Shown one piece after another: positions 1-12,693 of a DNA stretch of 64,000 nt. Below the pieces are notes generated by a model. That model searched no databases. It saw only the letters and a list, made by a program, of their open reading frames with translations, and was not told the origin of the DNA. Location of the stretch: assembly GCA_965153285.1 (NCBI GenBank), contig OZ229111.1. One strand, given 5' to 3'. A program made the translations under genes and the position numbers. Origin of the DNA: Podarcis tiliguerta. Taxonomy: Eukaryota. How positions within the stretch are numbered: the stretch's first letter is position 1; each line of letters begins with the position of its first letter.

Positions 1-1089
1 CGGTAGCACGGCTACTTAGAATGATGGGTTTGCTTCCCAAGCTGTGTTAAGAAAGAAAGGCACTACATTTGGGCTTGATTCTGGAACATAGCATCATGCC
101 AGGTTGATAAAAGACAAGTCTGGAAGGTCTAATGGAGTACTGACTTGCCACCGTAAAATTAAGGCTAAACTCGTTTATTTGGCATAGTGTTATCGTTCTG
201 AGGAGATAAGAACACTGTAAAGCCTTCTGCACAGTAACGGTGCTACAGAGATAGCGAAAGCAAAATGCAGGCTGATAAATTATTTCAGCAGGACATCCAA
301 TGGCTCTAGTCTTAACTCAAATGGTGCTCTTCTGGAACCCTTGGAGTAGAAGGAATCCGAGTGCCAAGCAGAAAGTTCTCCACCTGTTCCAGACTAATGA
401 CCCATACAGTTTAACATTTTCCATATTCTATTTCTTTGTGCATGCTGTGCCCATCATTCATTCCACTGCACTGAAGCTGATCTTATCGCAAGGGTAGCCA
501 ACGTGGCGCCCTTTTGGTGCTGTTTATGTCCAACTCCCATTACTATTGGTTACACTGGTCAAGGCTAATGGGAGCTGGAGCCCAACAACATCTAGAAAGC
601 ACCAGGAAGTCATCAACAATTGTCTGGAGGAGCACCTACGAAGGCTGCATGGCCTTCAAGGCTTCAACCAGAGCAACAGTTGGAAAAAGCACCAATGTTA
701 AGTCCCCAAACTTGGAATGCATGCATGGAAAGGCACACTACTTGATTTGCCTACACAGGGCTTACAATTAGTGTGACAAGTTCTTAATTTGATTTTAATT
801 ATTTAATGATGCAGAGAGTATCATTAAAACCTAATGCTGGCAAGTGCTCAAAAATTGGCAGGTAAACAAGATGTGCGTTATCAACACCATTTAGTAGCCT
901 TGACACTACATAATGGTTCACAAACCTCTTCATGACAACCCCACACTTCACATAACAGGGTTCAGTCAGAATTGGTTCTGGAGAGCTTCATACCTTGCAA
1001 TCAGGAGTCAGTGTGAATATCTTAAATCAAGTTTTAGGATTCTAGTATCATACACTTGTCTAAAAGGAGCTGGTGACCCAGGAAGAGAT

Positions 1090-1635
1090 GCACTTCTTCA
1101 CACAGTGCATACTTAAACTATGGGATGTGTTCCCACAGGAAGCAGTAATGGCCACCAGCTTTAAAAGAGGATCCGACACATTCATAGAGGACAAGGCTAT
1201 CAATTGCTACTAGTCACAATGTCTATGTTCTCTCTGGTTATGCCCCTCTCTGTGTAGCTTCTCAATGTGAAGCTTGGAGGGTAGCAACAAAGGAGGGACT
1301 TTCTGGTGGCAGCCCTTGACTAGGGTAGCTTGCCGGGCACCGACATTGCTGCCTTTTTAGGCTAATACTTTTCTATTCTCCCAGGTCTTTTAAGATCAGA
1401 CTTTCAGTCCTGTGGCATATGGTGGCTTTAGCGCATGCATCTGGTGGCTGTTTTAGTTCTGTGCTGTCTGTGGCATTTTATTGTGCTGGTTTTGTACTTT
1501 GCTTTTATGTCACTTAATCTTACTGTGGGTTTTATTGTAGTGTGGTTTTATTGTTGTGTTTTCAATCTCTGCTTGCCACCTGGAATATTTAGTTTATGAG
1601 TCATCTCATAAACACAACCCACAATCAAATAAATG
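1090..1635 (+). mobile_element. Adjacent CR1 3' remnant (~1090-1230) and L2 3' remnant (~1285-1635)
   Basis: taaactatggga...ggccacc...ctttaaaagagga...ttcatagaggacaaggctatcaa is CR1-like. The following gggactttctggtggcagccc...ttctcccaggtcttttaa plus T-rich UTR is L2-like. Boundaries are approximate. Confidence 0.55.
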
Positions 1636-1900
1636 CCTATTTACAACTCACCACCTTGCTGTAGTATTGTCAAAATGATATCCCTTGCTCTACCTTTTCC
1701 CTCCACCTCCCCTTTCTTTGTGTTCCTTCTTATTTTATTTTTTAAGTTTGGATGCCTGATGGAAGGCTCCCCATTTCTCTCTCTTTCTTCTTCCCTCTCT
1801 CTTTAATTGATGAGAGCTGCTTTGGAAGAGACCATTTGTCTGGAAAGCGGTATAAAAATATAATAAAATAAATAGTATTCGGCCACTGTATTTGAAACAT

Positions 1901-2804
1901 ATGCATATAATAGTGATTTAAAAAAGATTCACTCCAGCTTTCTGAGACGTATTCTTGGACTCCCAGCTGCGATTAAATATGAAACAATGTGTGCAGAAAT
2001 AGGCATACACACAATGGAATATTGGGCCTGGTCCACCTCAATAAAGCACTGGTTACGCTGCCATTTTCGCTGCCCTCCATCAAGTCTGCTCGCAGATTTG
2101 CTCAAAGACTCCTACAAATCAAGATGGTATCAGTACCTCGAAAAAAAGATTGAATCTTTAGGCATCGAGCTGGAGCCCCTGTACAATTCTAATGAGCAAT
2201 ACATTTTCCATAATATCCTAACTAGACTAAAGGATGTCGAGAGGCAAAATATTATGGCAGCTGTAAACAAAATTTGCTCTCCCATATTCTATGGTTTAAA
2301 TATCTTAGCTGGCAGAGCCAATTACGTCACTAAATTAATAATCCCAGCCCAACGTAGGGCTTTTATGCTGGCCCGTTTGAATGTTTTTCCCTCAGCATTT
2401 GTCAGGGGAAGATATCAAAACATTCCCAGAAACAAGAGATTCTGCAGATGTTCTATGAATGTCCCGGACACCGTAGAGCATATTCTCTTTCATTGCCCAT
2501 TGTACCGTACGCTCCGTCAACGCGTGCTGTCCCCTCTTTTGGGTGGTCTGGAACCCCAGCAAGGTGAATGTGTGGGATTCTGCCTATCCGACGTTGACCA
2601 AAGGGTAACGGCGGGGGTAGCCGAGTTTTTGGTAGCAGTTCTCCAAGGAGCAGGTTAACAAGGAAAACCACTGACTCTATATGCATATATATATATATGT
2701 ATGTAGCCAACTGCTGCCTTTTTAAATATATTTCAAGGCTTTTATATCTTATTTTCTCTTTTATGGTTTTATTTGTATAATGCCTAATAAAGGTTTGATA
2801 AGTA
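1901..2804 (+). mobile_element. 5'-truncated non-LTR retrotransposon (RTE-X-like) 3' end with uninterrupted ORF
   Basis: Frame open from 1903 to the stop at 2658 (AYNSDLKKIHSSFLRRILGLP...CAEIG...RGRYQNIPRNKRFCRCSMNVPDTVEHILFHCPLYRTLR), typical of a post-RT region with a C-terminal CCHC-type knuckle. 3'UTR has AATAAA at 2786-2791. Perfect 13-bp TSD gtatttgaaacat at 1888-1900 and 2805-2817. LINE identity is strong; the RTE-X clade call is from memory. Confidence 0.85.
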
Positions 2805-4467
2805 GTATTTGAAACATCCTGAGCACCCTAAAGCACTGTATAAATGCTAAGTACTATTCCATTGGAAATCTGTAATATAACTTACGTGATTTGAGACAGT
2901 AAGACTCCCCTGTCATTCCCCCACCTCCCATCTCCAGTGTTACAGTCATTACTTCTTTTTATAGAAGATGCAGACACTAATTAGGCAGGCTCTCTCCCAT
3001 CAGGTTTTGTGGTGGGCTGGGGGCTTCCAAAGAGTGAAGGCCTTGGCAAACGCAGCGCAGGGCCCCACAATGCCAATCAGCAATAAGAAGCAACCAGCTT
3101 TGGGGAGTGCAAGAGGCACTGCTCTAATTTCTAGCCTTCAACAGATAAGACACCGAAACCCAAATAGATGAGATACTGTGCTAAGACTCTGGTAATTAAC
3201 ACCACCAAGGCCTGCCTGGCTTGCAGTATATGGGTAAATAGAACATATCAAATAGAATTACCTGCCAATCCCTGCTAATGCACTTGGAGCCTGGCCCAAC
3301 CGACATGTTAACATTAATATACACAATCTTATTAAATGAAGGTCATAGCAGCTGTCAAGAGAAGAGGGATGATAAACAACCAGTCTTAAGGAAGTGAAAA
3401 GATGGGTGGCTAAAAACTGTGAACACAACCGGGGTGGGGAGTGAGGAATCCACGACACACCAAACCTCATCTTCTTCCAGAATCCTATTTGCTAGGAATC
3501 CTGTGAAACAGGCCAGAATAGGAATCAAACATTCACTGTCAACACAGGAGAGAAAGAAAGTGGTATGCAAGCCAAAAAATATATACTCCTACTACTCTGC
3601 CTGTTGTAGTAAGTCGACAGAAAGGCATTCTAAGCAAAATTTCAATATGTATCATCAGTCCTGGAAACAAAGCCCTCTCATAATGCGGTGAATCTGAGTC
3701 CAACCCCTCTTTGGAACGCCTGTCTTCACCAGCACTGGCCAATGAACTTGCACAGGTCACAAGTGTCACCTGATATTATTCATCTCCATCCTATTTATGT
3801 CTTATTTAAAAGCGTACACTTTGCCTGATTTTCACAACATATATAACAATACCCATTAAGAGCAAAATGTTGACATCGAAAACCTAAGCCACAGTAACAG
3901 ATTCCAAAACAACCATGCTTCTATAGATCAAGAATGGCGAAACAGTGACCACTGACCATGATGAGAGTTGTAATCCCAGCAATGCCTGGAGGGCCATGGT
4001 TTCCCCATCCCTGCTATAGATGGAGGAGAACAAGGAGAATCTGGAAGTGGGGGAAATGTCAATTGGGGTTAGGAACAGAAGACAGGCTAGCTCCATCCAA
4101 CTCTGACCACTGAACCACATGGCTCTGATTCTCCATTACAATCACCGCTGCATTGCCCCATCAGTGGCATATCACAGGAGACACTAATTCTGCTCGCTAC
4201 TGTTCATTGAGCACTCACTGGTTGGTGGGAAGAAGGCTTCGCACTAGTTATTGGTGTCTGAACAAAGAAAGTGTCAGCAGAATACTACATTTTGTATTAT
4301 ACGCTACAAGAACACTGCATACGCTGGTAGCTAGGCCAGTCACGCCTTAAAATACTTCAGAACTGCCCACCACCATGTACCCTCCACCATAGGCGATTTC
4401 CTATTCAGCACTGAGGATAAAAGAGAAGAAGAAAAACCTCCCCCCTGCTTACCCTTCACAAGCATAC

Positions 4468-4658
4468 CTTAATGATTTTGGGGTCCGCACAGCGGCTATT
4501 GCCATTGCTGGCATGCATCCAGCTGCTCTCAGAGGCTGGGCAATGTTGGCGCAGGGAACATCGCTTTTCTGACACGCACCAGCCACACTCAAAGCGTGGA
4601 TCTGCCTTGAGGCACAGCCCACAGCTTTCGCGCAGAGCTGAGCACTTGTATAGGTGAG
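4468..4658 (-). CDS. PLXNA1: Plexin-A1 coding exon (191 bp; PSI3 domain)
   Basis: ttcttcttgcAG|CT CAC CTA TAC AAG TGC...ATC ATT AAG|GTATGC. Encodes (A)[63 protein letters not shown]. The next expected exon (LSPETGPRQGG-like) was not seen in 1-4467, so it presumably lies outside the window. Confidence 0.97.
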
Positions 4659-4867
4659 CTGCAAGAAGAAAACACAAATCCCTGCTTACATTCAAAAAGA
4701 AGTTGGGGAGTGGGGTGGAAACAGAACTGCTACACAGATTCCCCCTATGATGGGTTATTGTTGACAGTGCCCACTAAAGGACCTCAGGGTCTACCACTTT
4801 CCATATGCTTTGTTGCATCAGACCAGTTTTGACAGTATTCACTGCCTATATAGTTTTCAGCTTTCAC

Positions 4868-4908
<41 letters not shown>

Positions 4909-5313
4909 TTTATTTATACCCCGCCCTCCCCAGCCAAAGCTGGGCTCAGGGCGGCTAACAAAAATCAAAATAATCCAACATTCTAAAAACCTTTCATTGT
5001 AAAAATTAATTAAAATCAAATTGATGGCAACCATTAAGCAAGATTCTGTGCAGATTGCCAGAGGAGGGGGTCAGGCTGCGCCTTGACCAAAGGCCTGGTG
5101 GAACAGCTCTGTCTTACAGGCCCTGCGGAAAGATGTCAGGTCCCGCAGGGCCCTAGTCTCTTGTGACAGAGCGTTCCACCAGATTGGAGCTGCGGCCAAG
5201 AAGGCCCTGGCTCTAGTTGAGGCCAGCCTAACCTCTCCGTGGCCTGGGATCTTCAGGATATTTTTATGTGCAGACCGCAAGTTCTTCTGTGGGAAATACC
5301 AGGAGAGGCGGTC
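4868..5313 (-). mobile_element. L2-clade LINE 3' fragment with (TTA)n tail
   Basis: ORF 5071-5280 reads RARAFLAAAPIWWNALSQETRALRDLTSFRRACKTELFHQAF, matching the L2/CR1-group ORF2 C-terminus (RAFS.AAP.LWN.LP...FK..LKT.LF..AF). Followed by a 3'UTR and a (TAA)n run at 4868-4905 on the plus strand. Confidence 0.85.
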
Positions 5314-5379
5314 CTCTGGCTACTGAATACAGCCAGCAAGGGATTTGTTTATGATGCAAATACCTATCCACTAATGAAG

Positions 5380-5514
5380 TGGTAACCCAGTGGTGCCCTC
5401 CACATGCTGCTGGACTACAACTTTCATCATTCCCAGCCTATGGCTATGGTGGCTGGGGATGCTGAGAATTGGAATCCACCAACATATGAAAGGCACAACA
5501 TTGCCTTTCCCTGG
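5380..5514. repeat. Short palindromic interspersed repeat (MITE-like); representative of ~7 decayed copies
   Basis: Fold-back gtgccctccacatg...ggactacaact...catcattcccagcc / ggctggggatg...ggaatccaccaacat. Related copies lie at about 490-610, 13012-13148, 19620-19740, 34995-35115, 51440-51615 and 55770-55870. Confidence 0.65.
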
Positions 5515-5647
5515 TCTAGGATCTCAGCTGAAAGCCACAACCAGGGTCACAAATTTCAAGTGGTTTGATCTGGCATAGTTGTCACGGCTTCCCCAAATAA
5601 CTCTGAGGTTTACGATTTTGTGAGAATGTTGTGAATTTATTTGCGGG

Positions 5648-5666
5648 GTGTGTGTGTGTGTGTGTG
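5648..5666. repeat. (TG)n microsatellite
   Basis: Direct reading. Confidence 0.9.
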
Positions 5667-6138
5667 AAATAATCTTTGCCCATTACAGAAATAACCTAAC
5701 TATCATGTCCTAAGTTCCTTGCAGCGGGAGCCAGGATCGTAAAGCAGCCTTCAAAGTGATTTCATTTTATGTCTAGGAAGTGAATGTGCATTTAAGTCTC
5801 AAATGAGTTATTGAATGGCTGGGCATGTTTATAAGGACAGCACACTACAGACAAAATATTTCAGAGCAAGTACACCGCGTTTGGAGGGTCAAGGCGCTTT
5901 GATGGGCAGGAGAGAAACCAGTAATCCCCAGACCACCACTTCTAACTTTGCTCTGTGTTAGAAAGCTTGTTTGCTCAGGCTAGCACAATATTTGATTTTA
6001 CACCTGTAGGGGTGCACTGGTGTCAATCTGGCCCTGAGGTGGATGGCTCAGAAGTGGAATGCAGAAGCAGTTCATTGCAGGGAACTCCTGCTGTATCTTG
6101 CTAAGGGGGCTCCACCCCACCCGACTTCATCAGCTTAC

Positions 6139-6235
6139 CCTGGATGTTCTGGGGATTGTCAATGATGAAGTTCCCATTCCATACCACGGAAAGGTTCACC
6201 GGGAGGTCACTGATGCCATTCCCTTCATAGGAATA
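6139..6235 (-). CDS. PLXNA1: Plexin-A1 coding exon (97 bp; IPT2 C-terminal part)
   Basis: Not in the ORF track: tttcctctggcAG|TAT TCC TAT GAA GGG...ATC CAG G|GTAAGC. Encodes [32 protein letters not shown]. The terminal G plus CT of the next exon makes Ala. Confidence 0.96.
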
Positions 6236-6470
6236 CTGCCAGAGGAAACACAAGAGAAAGAGTCCATTAGGCACCCTCAGACAGAAAGAAACAGATATAC
6301 ATCAGGAATCAGAGCACAGAGGAGCTTTGCATTCTTCTGGCTCGTTCTAAGTGTACCCATCTGGATCTGTGGTTGCCAGGGATGATGACATGTCCCAAGC
6401 AAGACACTCTGGTCAAATGCAAAGTCTCCAATATCCAGGGGCCTCCCCCTCTCCAAAAGCAGCACTTATA

Positions 6471-6712
6471 CAGTGGTACCTCGGGTTAAGTACTTAATTC
6501 GTTCCAGAGGTCTGTTCTTAACCTGAAACTGTTCTTAACCTGAAGCACCACTTTAGCTAATGGGGCCTCCTGCTGCCGCCGCGCCGCCGGAGCCCGATTT
6601 CTGTTCTTATCCCGAAGCAAAGTTCTTAATCTAAAGCACTATTGCTGAGTTAACGGAGTGTGTAACCTGAAGCGTATGTAACCTGAAGCATATGTAACCC
6701 GAGGTACCACTG
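6471..6712. mobile_element. Tc1/mariner-pogo type MITE, family A copy 1 (242 bp)
   Basis: TIR cagtggtacctcgggtta ... taacccgaggtaccactg, TA duplication on both sides, internal taacctgaagc repeats. Confidence 0.9.
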
Positions 6713-8824
6713 TATTTCCAGTTCCCAGCTGCTTCCTAGAATTCTGCCAGGCGGAAGGCCTTTTCTGAGGGAAAGGAATTGGAGTCTGGACTCCAAGGCA
6801 CCTCAAGAACCTCCCCCTGCAAATCTTCTTACTTGCACAGACAATATTGCAAGAGTTTGGATATGCTTCCGTATAGCTCTTCTGCCTCTCCTACAGCTAG
6901 CAGAAACAGAATCACTGGTGGGAAATAAGCAAATCTATTTGAAGTCACGTCATGTGCATAATTTATTTGCATTGCAGACTCCAGCTTCTCTTGGCACAGG
7001 AATTAGGTTACCTGAGTGAAGAATTTGTACTTAAAAAAAAAAAAAAAAAGCACTGCTGGCATACACTCACTGTGGACTAAGTGGCTTTCAGAGCCCCTCC
7101 AATAGTGTACAGCCCTTGTACAATATTGTCACTATGGTGATATATAATAAAAACTAAACATGCTAATCATTTGATTCTGATTAACATTCAGTGTTCATGT
7201 TGAACCTGCTCCTCCAATGAAAGGAGGAGGATTTTCTGTGAACTGTACAAACTGAGTGACAGTGATATCTCAAACTAAGCAGCAGCTGGAGTCATCACTC
7301 TCTGCTCTCCAGAGCTGGCAATATTAGATTCTGCCTTTCCTAGGGTATAGGGAAATAAAGCTCCCACACAGAAAACGAAAAAGCAAGAGCCTAAGGCGGA
7401 CAATAGCTCTGTGAGGGCAGAGTTGTAGAGGCAGACAAATTTGGGGTTATATCTTCATCAAGCAGCCCCATGAGCCCTTGTCCCTCCCACCCAGTGAAAA
7501 GATACACCCAATCTCTAGCCCAAGCCAAACTTCTGGCAGCCCCATCAATATTCCCTCCACAGTGCCTGCGCGCATGTGGAGGCTTGATCGATACAGAGAC
7601 AGGAAGGCAGTCGGAACCTTCCCTGACAGCTAATGACCTCCTTCGGCGAGAGATTCTCCGCTTCTCTCCGGAGAAAATGACAGGCGTGTCAGGAGAGATT
7701 AAATGAAAGATTCATGGCTTGCTGGAGTTTGTTAGGGAGCTATGGACACTGGAGAATCAGCTCTCCCTGTGCCTTGGATCCTCCCGCCCCCCCCCACTCC
7801 ACCCCACCCACCTACCCTCAGCCCATGGCACTGAGTCTGCCTTGATGAGGACACAGAGAAGTGAAAGTATGGTCCCCTCCCCTCCCCGCATATCCGTACC
7901 CCCAGGCACCCTTTCTCCACATCCTCCTGCCACTCAAAGAAGGTAGAAGCTTCCACGCCTCAGCTTCCTTCAAAGCCTATTTTGTGCTTAATTCAGTGAT
8001 AAGCGCAAAGAAACAGAAGGGACTCTGGTTTTGCATTTCTGGTTGAATGCTTTGCAGTGTAAAGCGTTCAGGTGAAAGTTCAGAACTAACGTAAGAAACC
8101 TACCAGAGAAAGGCCGAGCTCCTGAGAAAAGACCAGGGTGTTTGTCACAGGACAACCAATTGCAAAATAATCCAGTAGGGTATAACTACTTTACAGATTA
8201 TATGTTTACATCATGCTCCTTCAATTTCAAAGAGTGCAACATAGGCGATACTGTATATAGTAAGACATTCACTGTATATAAGTATGGTCTAATCAGTAAA
8301 ATTCAGCTGCCCTAAGGTGTTGAACATGACAGTCTATCCTGCACAATAATTTTGAAGGAGAAAATAAGCGTATCAGCCAAAAGTTCCCATTCAGGAACTA
8401 ATTTCTTTAATATGCTTTTATACCATCCTTCAATAAAAACTCCCAAGGCAGATGATGGTGATTTATATGTATTTGTCATTTCCCTAAGTTTTGACTTACA
8501 AAAACATTTCAAAACAACTATAAAAACAAAATTCAACCTAGAATGCTCACAATAATGTGCATAAAAGAGCACTTTACATTTTTAAAAGGTAATTATTATT
8601 TTTATTTTTTAAAAATGTAACTTTAGCATTAAAAAAAATGGACTGATGACACAACTGAGCAAAACTTCTGCTCACACAAGGGAGTGCATTCTTCAAAATG
8701 ATCCTTTTGCACAAGCCATCAATGTTATTCCAAGATCTATGCAAAAGTCCACGGTTCATTTAATGTTCTAAACAAACTGAGCCCTTCCTTCCCCAGCTCC
8801 TTGAATTGTGTGCATGTACATGCA

Positions 8825-9193
8825 GGGAGGCGGGTGGCGCTGTGGGTAAAACCTCAGTGCCTAGGACTTGCCGATCGTATGGTCGGCGGTTCGAATCCCC
8901 GCGGCGGGGTGAGCTCCCGTCTTTCGGTCCCAGCTCCTGCCCACCTAGCAGTTCGAAAGCACCCCTAAGTGCAAGTAGATAAATAGGTATCGCTTTATAG
9001 CGGGAACGTAAATGGTGTTTCCGTGTGCTGCGCTGGTGCTGGCTCGCCAGAGCAGCTTTGTCACGCTGGCCACGTAACCCGGAAGTGTCTTCGGACAGCG
9101 CTGGCTCCCGGCCTCTTAAGTGAGATGAGCGCACAATCCTAGAGTCGGACACGACTGACCCGTACGGGCAAGGGTACCTTTACCTTTACCTTT
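8825..9193 (+). mobile_element. Full-length Sauria SINE (tRNA-derived head, BovB-related tail)
   Basis: Pol III A-box (gtggcgctgtgg) and B-box (ggttcgaatccc), 3' gagtcggacacgact motif shared with BovB, and an (ACCTTT)n tail. Near-TSD tacatgca (8817-8824) / tacatcca (9193-9200). CpG-rich, so probably young. Confidence 0.92.
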
Positions 9194-9276
9194 ACATCCA
9201 GAGAGATGATTTTCAAAGCATCAAACTGCACTTCAGACAAGTTTGCTCTGGATCGTGGAAGGATTCAAATGTACTA

Positions 9277-9392
9277 GGATGTATCCAGCTAAGCTCTAGT
9301 AAGATTGACCCATAGAAATTTGTAGACCTAAGCTAGTTATGTTTGTTCATTTTAAGGGTTATATCTGAGTATGCCTAACGTTGGATACAACC
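9277..9392. repeat. Second palindromic MITE-like family
   Basis: ggatgtatcca...gacctaagctagttatg...ctgagtatgcctaacgttggatacaacc; related copies at about 31260-31350 and 45962-46050. Confidence 0.5.
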
Positions 9393-12300
9393 TAGCATTA
9401 CCTGTGTTTTATCTCCTGGAGACAGTTACTTCATGAGCACCACAACTGGCTATAACCATGATATACTATGACTTAGTATATCAAACAAAAAGTTCACTGC
9501 CAGGTCCAGCAATTTAATTTACATCATTGACTGTGAATGCTCAGTACATAGGTGAAATGATAACTGAAGGAAACCAGCCGTTAAAACTGGGGAAGCACCT
9601 CTAGAAGAAAATTACATGTTTGTGTATGTACACATATACGTATAGGAGACTCTCCAGGAGTTTGAAATATGATTTATTTCAGGACTGACATGTTTGGGAA
9701 CAAAGCTTTGCTCAGGGGCACAGTTTTATAAGCAATTTTCACCAAATGCATGAGGACTCTTACTACTGCAAAACACTGCTAAAAATGTGCCCCCAAGGAT
9801 GGATTTGTTCCGAAACACATTGGGCCTGGAATGAACATTATTTCAAACACCTGGAGTCCCTCCTCTCTTATTTTCCATCTTAAAAACAGCAACTGATGCA
9901 CACAAATGCTTTAGGATTTCACACAGCTAATCCTGGGGGGGGGGGATGCAACAACCAATTGGAAAACACTTCCATTCAGATAGCCACACCCCCTCTCTGA
10001 TTTATCCATTATTGCAATGGCAATGCCACCCGATCCAAGAGCACTGGAAACAAGGGAAAAAATTCTGGCCCAATGGACTTGAATTCACAGCTGGGCAACT
10101 GAGGAAGGCAGGAGGCGAAATGTTCTGTTCTAAAAAAGTAATCTGTTAGTCACTGTTTATATTTACATCTGTACCTAGATAAACATATACCCAGTACATT
10201 CCAAGCAACTTCACACAAATTCCAGAAAAAGAATTTATACAAATGGGCTGGGCAGCGCCGAAACAACCAGAAGTTCAGATAAATGGGGGTACAGCTACTG
10301 TAAGCTCACATCAATAAGGCCTTTATGCAGTACAGGAGTTAAATATGGATCACTAGAAGATAACTGACATTCAGATAATATGGATGAGGGAAGAGTTTCT
10401 GTGTACCTTTTCCCCTCCCAATCCTTTGTAGCTGTGTCCCACTAAGACTGGCCGAAGAGACCCACTGCAGAAATAACCCAAGAAGTCAGGCAGATTTACA
10501 TTAAGGAGAAGCACCCATCATTCGGTAAGTGGGAAGTGGGGGGGGAGGGGCGGCAGAGAAGGATTTAGCTGTGACGAGCAGCGTGGCAGAGTAAGTGAAA
10601 TTGGCATTTTCAATTTGTACTCTGACATGTCTCATTTGGGGCACTGGCATCTCAGGAAGGCATACAGCCTGCAGCTGTCCGAAACACTTATTTGCATTTC
10701 TCTGCCCTGGCTCCTTTTGGAAATGAGTTACTTCTGATTTGGGTGTGGAGTAGGGGGAAGCGGGGAGAGATTATTTAACCCTCCAGGTGCCTGCATTGAC
10801 AAAAGAAACTCACATGTAGGAGAGAGGGGCATTTCTGCTTCAGGAAATGCAGGCCTGCCTTCCTTAGTAAGCAAGATTTGTGGGAGATTGGAAACAACAT
10901 GTTGCACAGGTTTTGACTGAGTCAAAATGAAACTTCACACTATGAGCCAATAATTTATCAAGACAAAAGTCTCCCACAACCACCGTGCACAATACTGATT
11001 CCCACATAAATGATCCCAAAGATGGTTAGGTAACTGATCCAGTTCATGCTTTTAATATATATATATATTTCTGAAATGCTTATACCCCGCTTTTCCTCAT
11101 ATAGTTCAAGGAAGCTTGCAAAAACAAAAGACTATATTAAAAGCAACATAAATGAATAAAACAACTTTGTTCTATCTTTAACAATATTAATATTTTATCT
11201 GCTCTGCTGCGGCTTCACGTTAATGTTTAATTGCTGTGGTTGTTTTATTGTATTTTGATTCCTCATCATCACTATTTGCCCTCTGAAATAAGCAGCACTA
11301 CACTTTTCTTTCCCTGCCATCATTATCTGGCAAGAGAGTGGGTTGTGGGAGAGAGTTGAACCCACAACAATCTTCAAAATCCAGATCTCACTCTCATTGT
11401 TCTGCCAAAGACTGTGGAACATCAGAACCCAGATAGCACAATATTGCTACAAGTAGTTCAAGAGTCCCACTTATCTAGAACTCTGGAAACATTTCCTGAT
11501 AGTGTTCTACTTCTGCCTTGTAAACAACACCATTAAAGCAAGCCATTGCAGGGGTAGAAAGAGGAAGCTCAGTTACATCCTGTAGAATGTACTGGAGAAG
11601 AAACCCAAGATAGCTTATGCACAGAAAACTAGAGCTAGGGTGGAATCCTGACCTCTCATTTTCTGTGTGCAGTGTGGAAGGGGAGTCAGTAATATGAGCC
11701 TTTACCTGCTGTCTCGATATACCATAGGCTCTACCATCTCATCTGCTATTTTGGAGAACTAAGCCCTAAGCATTGCAAAGAAGACGAGTGGCTTGCTTAA
11801 AACACACCACCATGTTTGTGCACATTAAAGAACATGCTAAAAGAGATTCACTTGTCTCTTTCAATTCTTCCATGGACAGAAAGAAGGACAGAGGGGCACA
11901 TCTGGGGGGCGGAAAAGAACTAGGAATCTGTCTGCCTTCACAGTTGCCAGTCTCTCCATGACTCAACCGGAGGAAGAACAAGCCAGATTTTGGGTCTTGC
12001 CAACAACAGCCTGAACTATTCCTGGATTTCCTAACACTGTGTATAGGAAGGGAGCCCGACATGCATCCCAAGAGCCAGAGGGGAAGCCAGGGAAGGTGGG
12101 TGTTTTGGAGGAGACAGAGCAGAAAGCAGCCAACAAGCTCGAGCTTTGGCCAGGAGTCTGACACCACATGCTCGAGTTACACAGACAAAGCCAAACACTT
12201 ACTCGTGCTTCTACTTTGTTTTTATTTTCTATGCCATTTGATATTTTTAACCCTCTTAAAGGCACATACAGAAAATCTCACCCTTTATTCAAAGTATATG

Positions 12301-12451
12301 CAAAGTATATACCCCATAGTACTGTGGCCATAATTGTTAACGCAGATAAGAATCCTCATGCTAATATGTATTGAGACTGAAAGGTATGTGTGTGTTTGTG
12401 TCACTTGTTCCCTTTACTTAACAACCCAGATTGTAAATGTTCTACAATATA

Positions 12452-12693
12452 CAGCGGTACCTCGGGTTAAGTACTTAATTCGTTCCAGAGGTCTGTTCTT
12501 AACCTGAAACTGTTCTTAACCTGAAGCACCACTTTAGCTAATGGGGCCTCCTGCTGCTGCCGCGCCATCAGAGCACGATTTCTGTTCTCATCCTGAAGCA
12601 AAGTTCTTAACCCGAGGTACTATTTCTGTGTTAGCAGAGTCTGTAACCTGAAGCGTATGTAACCTGAAGCATATGTAACCTGAGGTACCACTG
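12452..12693. mobile_element. Tc1/mariner-pogo type MITE, family A copy 2 (242 bp)
   Basis: Same length as, and highly similar to, 6471-6712; TA flanks at 12450-12451 and 12694-12695. Confidence 0.9.

Noticed and set aside
1987-2658. 223-aa ORF as a host gene
   Set aside because: The frame stays open upstream to a TSD-defined truncation point; it is a LINE ORF C-terminus.
3539-3775. Possible extra minus-strand exon (cag|GTGACACTTGTGACCTGTGC...)
   Set aside because: No plexin similarity in the frames read, weak polypyrimidine tract, and an early stop in the Cys-containing frame.
6059-6385. Plus-strand ORFs overlapping PLXNA1 exons (also 4472-4657, 26004-26231, 41208-41462, 62244-62429)
   Set aside because: Antisense shadows of real exons with no recognisable protein features.
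8825-8905. tRNA gene
   Set aside because: The A/B boxes belong to the Sauria SINE head; no complete cloverleaf is evident.
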